The translations under genes were made by a program, and so were the position numbers. The notes under the pieces were generated by a model. The model was not told where the DNA came from. It ran no database searches and saw nothing but the letters and a program-made list of their open reading frames with translations. Shown here one piece after another: positions 40,194-47,735 of a DNA stretch of 64,000 nt (its first letter is position 1; each line of letters opens with the position of its first letter). Source of the DNA: an uncultured delta proteobacterium (lineage in GTDB: Bacteria > Myxococcota > Myxococcia > Myxococcales > Anaeromyxobacteraceae); the NCBI GenBank assembly GCA_963828255.1, contig CAWHDZ010000027.1, forward strand, positions 128,001 to 192,000, read 5' to 3'.

Positions 40194-40757
40194 TCACCGG
40201 ACGAGGAGTTCCAGCTCCTCGCGAATGAGGGCCTGCGCGACCTCGGCGGCGGTGCGCGACCCCATCCCGAAGAGCCGGCCGCTGACGGTCGAGCCGCTTC
40301 CGGACCGGGACGTGGACCAGACCGTCTTGCCCGACTCCACGTCCAGGAGCCGCAGGTGGAGCGTGACCTGCGCGCCCTGCGAACCGCGCCCCTCCTCGTA
40401 CTCGACGAGCGTCCCCACGAAGATTCCCTGCACCTTCAGTTCCTTGCCGATCTTCTGGATGTCCTCCGGGGTGAGCGAGCTTGGTTCCACTCGCTGGGTC
40501 CTCATGGCGCGGAGCACCTGGCCCGGCTCGACCGGATCGAACACCCCCAGGGCGAGGAGTTCGGTCAGGAAGATTCGCTGGACGCGCTCGCCACCGAGCT
40601 TGTCCCCTGCCACGTCGTCGAAGGGCAGGACCGCAACCTCGCGGATGGTCGAGAGGTCGGCGCTGGCGTGGACGAACTGCCTCGAGCTCGAGCAGGCGGA
40701 GACCGAGAGCATGAGCGCGCCCAGGAGCAGTGCACGGAGGGAAGGGAAGTGGTTCAT
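40194..40757 (-). CDS. Lipoprotein, CsgG/PelC/GNA1162 (DUF799)-like
   Basis: Lipobox VSAC; VAVLPF, GTLVEY, LRLLDVESGKTVWS. Confidence 0.72.
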   Translation of the reverse strand: MNHFPSLRALLLGALMLSVSACSSSRQFVHASADLSTIREVAVLPFDDVAGDKLGGERVQRIFLTELLALGVFDPVEPGQVLRAMRTQRVEPSSLTPEDIQKIGKELKVQGIFVGTLVEYEEGRGSQGAQVTLHLRLLDVESGKTVWSTSRSGSGSTVSGRLFGMGSRTAAEVAQALIREELELLVR

Positions 40758-40788
40758 GTTCGACGCCGCGGGCAAAGAAGTATTGCTA

Positions 40789-42963
40789 TCACAGGTAGAA
40801 GGAGAGGGTAACAAGGTACGTCTCCAGCGCGATGCTCTGCGGACCGGTGCCCCACTGGCGGAAGAGCGTCGCCCCGAGCGCGGCGTGGCGGCTGATGACC
40901 CACCTCGGGATCACGCTCAGCCGGCTCTGCATCGAACTCCCGAGGGGCTGCACGTCCTGCTGGAAGTTCACCGAGAGGGTGAACGCTCCGCTCAGGAAGG
41001 GGTTCCAGTACAGCCGGTAGTTCTGGACCAGTCCGCTGATCGTCTGGCTCACCGTGTAGCCGAGCTGGGCGCTGACGTCGAGCTGGGGGCTGGGCCGCCA
41101 CCAGATCCTCGCGAAGTAGTTGCTCTGGAGGAAGGTCGGCGCGATGGGCACTCCCTCGGGGACCAGGTTCTGCCCGGAGATCGTCCGCTGGGCGTTGGCG
41201 CCGAGCCAGAGCTCGAGATCACGGAGGAGCTTGGCGATGGCGTTTCCTCCCGTACTCAGCACCGTCTGCTCCAGCCCGGTCCCGAGGCTGATCGACTTCG
41301 ACAGGGACCCGAAGACGCCGAAGCTCAGGACCTCCGGGAGGGGGCGCACACCCGCGGAGACCGTCGCCGACCCGGTCCGGAGCTGGAGGTCCCCGTAGTC
41401 CTGGAGGAGGAGCGATCCGCTCAGGCTGGCCGAGAAGACCAGGCTCGGGTTGTAGGAGAGTCCCAGGGACGCGGTGTCGACCCTGAGCTCCGGGCTGCCT
41501 GTCTGGCTCATGTTCTGACGGGAAAAGGACCCGTTCAGGGTCACGTCGGCCCAGGGGCCCGCGGAGATGCTGGCCACGCCGAAGCCGAGGAGGGATGTCC
41601 GTTCGGGCTCGCTGGAACGCTGGGTCTGCGTGGCGCCAACGCTTCCGGAGAAGCTCAGCGAGAGCTTCGGGGCGATCTGCGCCGTGGCGTTCACCCCTCC
41701 CATCTGATTGGAGTTGGTCGACAGGCGCGTCTGGTCGGGCAAGAAGGTCCGGTGCTCGTAGATCGTCAGCTCGGTCACCAGGGTGGGAAGGACGTTCACG
41801 CCGAAGTTGACCACCTTGAAGTAGCGGTAGCTGCTCGGCTGGAAGGAGATGGACCAGGCGCCGATCCCGGCGTCGTAGAAGAAGGAGGTGATCGGGACCA
41901 GGATCCAGCTCACCCCGTCGGTGCTGACGAAGACCGACCAGCTGATCGGTCCGCCCCACGCGATGAGATTCCCGAGGGCGTCCCGGACGAAGACGCGCAT
42001 CTCGTCCAGCGTCTCGATGCGCCCCATGTCGAGCGCCAGGTTCTGGTTGGAGAGACCGTCGGGCCCGAGCGAGATGCCGGTGCTGGCGGTGAAGTTGCGG
42101 TCGATCAGCGCCGGGATCGGGGTCGAGGGCGTGGTGCTCGTGTCGTTGGGAGTGGAGGTGACGACGTAGTACGCGGACTGCGCCATGATCTCGCGCGGCT
42201 CGATCACCGGCGTGGACGACCGGAGCGTCTCCTCGATGCGGTTGTGGGCCGCGGCGCCGTACACCCCGAAGGAAAGCGCCGAGCCGAACGCGGTCCCGAT
42301 GTAGTCGACCCGACCGTAGGGCGTGAGCGTGAGCCGCTCGTATCCGGTGGTCGCGTTCTCGTAGTACTCCATCCCGGGACCTGCCGTGAGGCTGAGCCCT
42401 CCCAGCTTGTAGAGGGCGGTGAGGGTGGCCCGGTACTGGTTGGTCTCGAGCTCCGGCTGGGGCGGCGGCTGGCCCACCCGCTGGCCCACCCACTCCGCCC
42501 AGGCCGAGAGGTCGAGCCCGGTGACGGGCGTGAGGGTGAGCGCGAGCGCGGCCCGGTGGGACATCGAGTCGCTCGAACCCCCGTCCCGGACCCACCGATC
42601 CAGCCACTGGAACTCGTACAGGCCCTCCGCGACGAAGCCGGGCTGCGTGTAGACGAGCCGGAATCCGGGCTGTGCGGACCTCTGGCCGCTGCGCAAACCC
42701 TGGGTGAACACGTTCAGGGTGTCGTCCAGGTACAGGAACTTGAGCAGGTACTGGATCGGGCTCGTGACCGTGTGGCCGTAGGAGAGAAAGTAGCGCTGGC
42801 CGAGGATGTCCGAGGAAAGCGCCGGGTTCTCGACCCGGTTGTAGGAGAGCTCGGCCAGTCCGCGCCAGTCCCCCTCGCCCCGCGCCTGGGCGGGTCCCGC
42901 CACCAGCGCCAACAGGGCCAGGAACCAGAGGGCGCGCTTGCAGGTGGTTCTCTGGTCGCGCAC
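40789..42963 (-). CDS. Large outer-membrane beta-barrel with an inserted F5/8 (discoidin)-like domain
   Basis: Signal peptide, many amphipathic strands, C-terminal YLVTLSFYL; central LALDMG...SVFVSTDGVSW...YRYFKV...TELTIY. Confidence 0.7.
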   Translation of the reverse strand: MRDQRTTCKRALWFLALLALVAGPAQARGEGDWRGLAELSYNRVENPALSSDILGQRYFLSYGHTVTSPIQYLLKFLYLDDTLNVFTQGLRSGQRSAQPGFRLVYTQPGFVAEGLYEFQWLDRWVRDGGSSDSMSHRAALALTLTPVTGLDLSAWAEWVGQRVGQPPPQPELETNQYRATLTALYKLGGLSLTAGPGMEYYENATTGYERLTLTPYGRVDYIGTAFGSALSFGVYGAAAHNRIEETLRSSTPVIEPREIMAQSAYYVVTSTPNDTSTTPSTPIPALIDRNFTASTGISLGPDGLSNQNLALDMGRIETLDEMRVFVRDALGNLIAWGGPISWSVFVSTDGVSWILVPITSFFYDAGIGAWSISFQPSSYRYFKVVNFGVNVLPTLVTELTIYEHRTFLPDQTRLSTNSNQMGGVNATAQIAPKLSLSFSGSVGATQTQRSSEPERTSLLGFGVASISAGPWADVTLNGSFSRQNMSQTGSPELRVDTASLGLSYNPSLVFSASLSGSLLLQDYGDLQLRTGSATVSAGVRPLPEVLSFGVFGSLSKSISLGTGLEQTVLSTGGNAIAKLLRDLELWLGANAQRTISGQNLVPEGVPIAPTFLQSNYFARIWWRPSPQLDVSAQLGYTVSQTISGLVQNYRLYWNPFLSGAFTLSVNFQQDVQPLGSSMQSRLSVIPRWVISRHAALGATLFRQWGTGPQSIALETYLVTLSFYL

Positions 42964-42973
42964 AGGGGGAAAC

Positions 42974-44356
42974 CTAGCGGGGGTAGACGAGGCGGTATTC
43001 TGAGACGGGCGGGGTCCGGGTATGGCAGCTCACCGTGCAGCTTCCTCCGCCCACGTCGCGCCGGTAGGAGACGAGCCCGGGTGTCCGGAGCACGAGCAGC
43101 GCGGGCTGGGTGGAGCTTCCATGTGGATCATGGCACGCGTGGCACGAGACCCCGCGGGCGGAGTGCAGGGCGTGCCCGGCGTAGCGGGTCCCCCGCGCGG
43201 ACGGTCCCGCACCGACGCTCCCGTATGCACCCCAGGCGTGGCAGTCGAAGCAGAGGTCCGTTTCCTCCACCCGGCCGGGAGCGGCCGACGCCAGGTAGCG
43301 CTTTCGGAGCATGGAGGGAAGGCTCGAGCCGTGCGGACCCCGGGTCTGGCCCCCGACGGAGCCGTGGCAATCGCTGCACGTGACCAGTCGATCGGCGCGC
43401 CAACCCGGTGCGAAGGCGGCCAGGTCGATGCCGGTGTCGCGGCCCGGGGCCTCGACCGGGTGGTACGACGGGTTGGCGGGGTTGAAGGCGGACGCGACCT
43501 GGCTCCGCGCGACCGCGCCCGACGCCACCGACACCGCCGTGCCTGCAGGCCCGTCGGGCGTCCCCGCGTGGCAGCGGAAGCACACCTCGTACTCCCGGGT
43601 CGGGGTGCGGTCCTCCGGGCCAACCGCTGCGAGCCGGGGAATGGAGCCCGGTGCGCCGTTGACCGGGCGCACACGGCGGACGCCGTCGAGCAGTCCGGAG
43701 ACGCCACTCATCGAAAGGCTGGGCTCGCGCCGCGCCAGGTGTGGATTGTGGCAATCGGTGCACCCGGGTCCGGGCATGGCCCCCACCACCTCGACGCCCC
43801 CCGGCCTGGGATGGCGGCTCACCTTGGTGACCTCGGTCGCGATGTCCTGTCCGCCCCCGGCCGCGCGGTGGCAGGCGAGACAGAGGTCGTCGCCGCGGAG
43901 GAGGAGCATCCCGGGGATGGGGCCCTTCGCGTCCTTCGTCCCGTGCGGGTCGTGGCAGTTCACGCAGCGTCCGGCGTCGGCCCGGCGCCGGGCCTTGGGC
44001 TTCGGACCCGGCCAGACCACCTGTGACGACTCGCCGTGGGTCGACCGGCTCAGGCGCGAGCGCTCGGGAAAGAGCCCCAGCGGCGTCTTGTGGCAGGACA
44101 GGCAGAGTCCGTCGTCGTTCGCGGCGAAGAGCGCCATCGCGTTGGACGGACCGCGCCCGGCCGTGCTCTCCAGGGTTCCGTGGCACTGGAGGCAGGTCCC
44201 GGGACGGTACTTCTGGTCGCGGAAGGCGCCGGAGGTCGGGTTGCCGTGCTTCGAGGTCCTGAACGCATCGAGTTCCGGGTGGGCCGGCCCCGGCACGGCC
44301 GCGAGGAGGGCAGCGGTCAGCGGGAAGAGGAGCCGTCGGGCGAGGAGCGGGGTCAT
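42974..44356 (-). CDS. Multiheme cytochrome c (~10 hemes)
   Basis: Signal peptide; 9 CxxCH plus 1 CxxxCH by hand count. Confidence 0.9.
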   Translation of the reverse strand: MTPLLARRLLFPLTAALLAAVPGPAHPELDAFRTSKHGNPTSGAFRDQKYRPGTCLQCHGTLESTAGRGPSNAMALFAANDDGLCLSCHKTPLGLFPERSRLSRSTHGESSQVVWPGPKPKARRRADAGRCVNCHDPHGTKDAKGPIPGMLLLRGDDLCLACHRAAGGGQDIATEVTKVSRHPRPGGVEVVGAMPGPGCTDCHNPHLARREPSLSMSGVSGLLDGVRRVRPVNGAPGSIPRLAAVGPEDRTPTREYEVCFRCHAGTPDGPAGTAVSVASGAVARSQVASAFNPANPSYHPVEAPGRDTGIDLAAFAPGWRADRLVTCSDCHGSVGGQTRGPHGSSLPSMLRKRYLASAAPGRVEETDLCFDCHAWGAYGSVGAGPSARGTRYAGHALHSARGVSCHACHDPHGSSTQPALLVLRTPGLVSYRRDVGGGSCTVSCHTRTPPVSEYRLVYPR

Positions 44357-45282
44357 GGCTGGGTGGCCGCGGGCGCCATGTGGCACCGGGCACAGAGGGA
44401 GCTCGAATCGGTGGGGTCGGGGTAGACGACCCCGTGTGGCATGGCTCCGCCGTGGGCCTTGTGGCAGGAGAGGCAGAAGATCTGGTTGGTGGCGTCGGGG
44501 ACGGTCTCGACGAGTGGTGTCTGGACTCGCGGGCGTGGGAGAGGATTGCCCGATGCGGAGAGGGCATTGGCGGCGTAGTTCACGTAGTACTCGGGGCGGC
44601 GCTCGAAGGTGACGTCCACATGGTAGTGGCTGTACTGGTCGTGGCAGTCCTGGCACCACTGCGTGAAGCCGGACAGGTAGCGCACGTTCGAGGAGGCGTA
44701 GACGGTCTCCGGGGAGCCTGCTCCCGCCAGGACTCGTTCGGTCACGAGTGGCGACGCGGTGCTGCCACGGCCCGACGGGCCGGGGCGGAGGTTCCGGTAA
44801 TGGCCATTCCCGTGCTGGTCGTGGCAGCTCAGGCAGCCGAGCGTCATGGCCGACGACGCCAGGTAGGTCGCCGGCGCATCGACCGGTGCGACCCCGATCA
44901 GGTGTCCCAGGCCGGCCACGGGCTGGCCTGCGCTGCTCGACTGGGTGAAGAAGCCGGCCGCGGAGTCGTGGGGAGGCACCGCGCCCTCGACCTGGGCCAC
45001 ACCGGGTGCACCGGAGGCGGGCACCGGACCGTGACAGTGGAGGCAGAGGGAGTCGGCACTTCCGCTTCTCAGGAGATGGGGGGCAGGCAGGCCGTCCAGG
45101 TCGTAGCGCATCGCCTGACCGCCGGCGCTGTTGTGCATGGTGTGGCAGTCGCTGCACACCAGCCGGTCGTACTGGTGCCAGGTACCTCCGACGAGGAGGG
45201 GTGCGGCCAGGACGACCGTCAGGACCAGCAGCCACCCGGCCCGGGGCTCGCCTGAAAACCTGGAGGGCACCCTGGGTCGCAC
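44353..45282 (-). CDS. Hexaheme cytochrome c, compact OmcS/OmcT-like paralogue
   Basis: WH...CSDCHTMHNS...LL...CLHCH...GH...CLSCHDQH..YRNL...FTQWCQDCH...CLSCHKAH...LCARCH; same motif order as OmcS. Confidence 0.85.
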   Translation of the reverse strand: MRPRVPSRFSGEPRAGWLLVLTVVLAAPLLVGGTWHQYDRLVCSDCHTMHNSAGGQAMRYDLDGLPAPHLLRSGSADSLCLHCHGPVPASGAPGVAQVEGAVPPHDSAAGFFTQSSSAGQPVAGLGHLIGVAPVDAPATYLASSAMTLGCLSCHDQHGNGHYRNLRPGPSGRGSTASPLVTERVLAGAGSPETVYASSNVRYLSGFTQWCQDCHDQYSHYHVDVTFERRPEYYVNYAANALSASGNPLPRPRVQTPLVETVPDATNQIFCLSCHKAHGGAMPHGVVYPDPTDSSSLCARCHMAPAATQP

Positions 45283-45311
45283 ATCTCCTCCAATACCTCA
45301 AAAATGAAGAA

Positions 45312-45342
45312 GCGTGGGGAGGGATTCTTCCCCTCCCCACGC
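45312..45342 (-). terminator. Intrinsic terminator after the OmcS-like gene
   Basis: 12-bp stem gcgtggggaggg/ccctccccacgc followed on the minus strand by ttcttcattttt. Confidence 0.8.
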
Positions 45343-45365
45343 CGCTCACTCAACTCGCCAGATTC

Positions 45366-46541
45366 CTACTGGAAGCGGGCGCCCGTGCCGGTCAGGTTGC
45401 TGTTGGTGCGGCCCTGGCCGTGGCAGGTGTTGCAGAGGTTCCGGATGGTGGTGCCGTTGCCCTCTTCCTTGTTCGCGTCGGCATTGTGGATCAGCGTCGG
45501 GAGCTGGCCTTCGTTCTGGGAGACGTAGTTCCCCGGGAGGAACAGGCCGAACGAGTTCTTGTTGCCGTGCCCCTTGTGGCAGGTCATGCAGCCGACGGTC
45601 ATCTCCGTGTCAACACCGGGGTTGACGTTGCCGGCCTCGGTGCCCCACTGCCAGGCGGCGCCGGCGATGTAGGTCACCTTGATGCTGACGTTGGTGGGGA
45701 CGCTGGTGATCGCGCCGGTGGTCGCGTTCACGGTGCCCTCACCGGTGAAGAGCTGGCGCCGCGTGAAGGACACCTGGTCGGTCGGGTGGCGCTTGAAGAA
45801 CGTCGCCGAGGAACCCACGTCGTCGTGGAAGTTGCCGTGGCACATGCCGCAGAAGGCGGTCATCTTGTTCGTGCCAGAAGCGGCGCCGACGGCCGCCGTG
45901 TAGACGATGTTGTTGGCGTTGTACCCGTCGCCGCCGGTGAAGATGTTGACGTCGAAGCCGAAGTTCGGCGTGGTGCCCGCGTTGATGACGTAGCTCGGCT
46001 CGCGGACGACCGCATCGGCGCCGCGGTCGCGGAGGTTGCGGTAGGTGCTCCGGCCGTGGACGCTGTGGCACCGGTTGCACTCCATGTCCGCCGGGTAGGA
46101 CGGGTAGACGGTCGGGTTCAGGCCGGGGGGAAGAGCGGTCGACCCGAGGGAGTGGCCCATGTAGGACCCGTAGCCGCCCTCGTTCGGGACGGCCGTGTAG
46201 GTGTCGGCGCTGTTGAGGGCGCCGCCAGCGCGGGCGAGACCGTTCGTGGAGCCCTGGTTCGTGCCGAAGACGTCGGGAGCGCCGCGGCCACCGTCGTGGC
46301 ACACCATGCAGGTCCGGTTCACGTCGGCGGCGAGGAGCAGGAACTCGTGGCCGCCCGTGTCTCCGGAGCCAAAGACGAAGGCGTCGGCCGAGTTCTGGGT
46401 GTTCTGGCCGAAGCTGTGCTGGCGGCTGGCGTGCATCGTGTGGCAGTCGCTGCAGACCAGCGTCGTGTACACGTGGTACTCGCCGGCGAGCGCCGTGGTG
46501 GCGAAGGCGGTCATCGCGAGGAACAGGATCTTCTTCATCAT
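45366..46541 (-). CDS. omcS: Hexaheme cytochrome c, OmcS-like nanowire subunit candidate
   Basis: Sec signal; YH...CSDCHTMH, CMVCH, MGHSL, CNRCHSVH..YRNL, MTAFCGMCHGNFH...RHP, CMTCHKGH, RNLCNTCH parallel Geobacter OmcS motifs recalled from memory. Confidence 0.8.
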   Translation of the reverse strand: MMKKILFLAMTAFATTALAGEYHVYTTLVCSDCHTMHASRQHSFGQNTQNSADAFVFGSGDTGGHEFLLLAADVNRTCMVCHDGGRGAPDVFGTNQGSTNGLARAGGALNSADTYTAVPNEGGYGSYMGHSLGSTALPPGLNPTVYPSYPADMECNRCHSVHGRSTYRNLRDRGADAVVREPSYVINAGTTPNFGFDVNIFTGGDGYNANNIVYTAAVGAASGTNKMTAFCGMCHGNFHDDVGSSATFFKRHPTDQVSFTRRQLFTGEGTVNATTGAITSVPTNVSIKVTYIAGAAWQWGTEAGNVNPGVDTEMTVGCMTCHKGHGNKNSFGLFLPGNYVSQNEGQLPTLIHNADANKEEGNGTTIRNLCNTCHGQGRTNSNLTGTGARFQ

Positions 46542-46628
46542 GGGGTGTATCTCCCTCCGTGCTTGGGAACTTCGGTGGTGGCTTCTCGGAACATCCGACC
46601 TGAAAGCGGCTGGGCTGGCGTGGCGTAA

Positions 46629-46645
46629 AGCACGGGGAATGCCAA
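46629..46645 (-). promoter_or_regulatory. Sigma54 (-24/-12) promoter of the OmcS-like gene
   Basis: Minus strand TTGGCATTCCCCGTGCT: GG-N10-GC, ~90 nt upstream of the ATG. Confidence 0.7.
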
Positions 46646-46766
46646 GATGACCCCCTAGATCTTGCGGGGGGTTACCCATATCCCGGGTGGTGGCGTTGGG
46701 TCCTTTGCCCCACCCCTGCGCGGGTTCCCCCACCCAGGTCGGTCCCCGCGGGGGGCCAGGCCGCCG

Positions 46767-47735
46767 CTAGTCGAGCTTCCCCGCCGGCCTGGCGGGTTCA
46801 CGCGGCTTCAGGATCTGGACCCGGTTGTTGCCGCGGTCGGCGACGCAGAGCCGACCCTGACCGTCGAACGACACGTCCGCCGGGTAGAGCACTTCCCCGG
46901 GGCCATTTCCGGCGCCGCCGAACTGCCCGATGAGCTTCCCATCGGGCTTGTAGAGCTTGATCTCGTGGCGCAACGAGTCTGCGAGCGCGATCCGGCCCTT
47001 GACGTCCACCGCCACGCCATGGGGGAAGGACACGTTCTCCCTTCCCGCCTCGTGACGGCCCCACGCACGCACGTATCGCCCGCGACGGTCGAACACCTGG
47101 ATGCCGAGCCCCACGCTGTCGGAGACGTAGATGGCGTCACGGGTCGGAGCGATGCCCATGATGGAGGAGAACTCGCCCTTTCCCGCGCCCTTGTTCCCGA
47201 AACGAAACTTGAGCCGGCCCCTGGCGTCGAAGACCAGCACCTCTCCGTTGCCCGAGTCGCCGAGGTAGAGGTTGTCGTCGTCGTCGAGGGCGAAGGCAGT
47301 GAAGAACGTACCCGGCTGGGTCTCCATGCCCTCCAGCGGCAGGAAGTCGATGAAGTCCCCCCGGTAGCTGTAGCGCCGGATCTGCAGCCGGTCGTTGGAG
47401 TCGAGGACGAGGATGCGCCCCTTGGAGTCGGGCACGGCCTTGATGGGAGCACCGATGCGGCCCGGGTCTCCGAACGAGAAGATCGGCGCCCCGCGCGCGT
47501 CGAAGATGCCGATCAGCCCGCGCCCGGTATCCGCGACGTACATCTCGCCGCTCCGTGCGTCGCACGTCACCCCCGACACGCCCTGGAAGCGCCCCTCGTA
47601 GAAGTGGCCGTAGGTGACCACGACCGGCTCGAGCTCCTCGACGGCGAGCGCGCTGGGGTCGTCGGCGGCCCGGACTGGGCCCGCCGATGCGCCGGCCAGC
47701 GCGAAGGCGCAGGCGAGGAGCGGGGCGAGCCGCAT
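46767..47735 (-). CDS. NHL-repeat beta-propeller protein, exported
   Basis: Signal; repeats MYVADTG, LYLGDSGN, FPHGVAVD, YPADVSFD...VADRGNNRVQI. Confidence 0.88.
   Translation of the reverse strand: MRLAPLLACAFALAGASAGPVRAADDPSALAVEELEPVVVTYGHFYEGRFQGVSGVTCDARSGEMYVADTGRGLIGIFDARGAPIFSFGDPGRIGAPIKAVPDSKGRILVLDSNDRLQIRRYSYRGDFIDFLPLEGMETQPGTFFTAFALDDDDNLYLGDSGNGEVLVFDARGRLKFRFGNKGAGKGEFSSIMGIAPTRDAIYVSDSVGLGIQVFDRRGRYVRAWGRHEAGRENVSFPHGVAVDVKGRIALADSLRHEIKLYKPDGKLIGQFGGAGNGPGEVLYPADVSFDGQGRLCVADRGNNRVQILKPREPARPAGKLD

Noticed and set aside
46542..46628. Cyclic-dinucleotide (GEMM-I) riboswitch in the omcS-like leader, as known for Geobacter omcS
   Set aside because: Leader is short and I see no GAAA-tetraloop/GCAAA core; an Rfam scan would settle it
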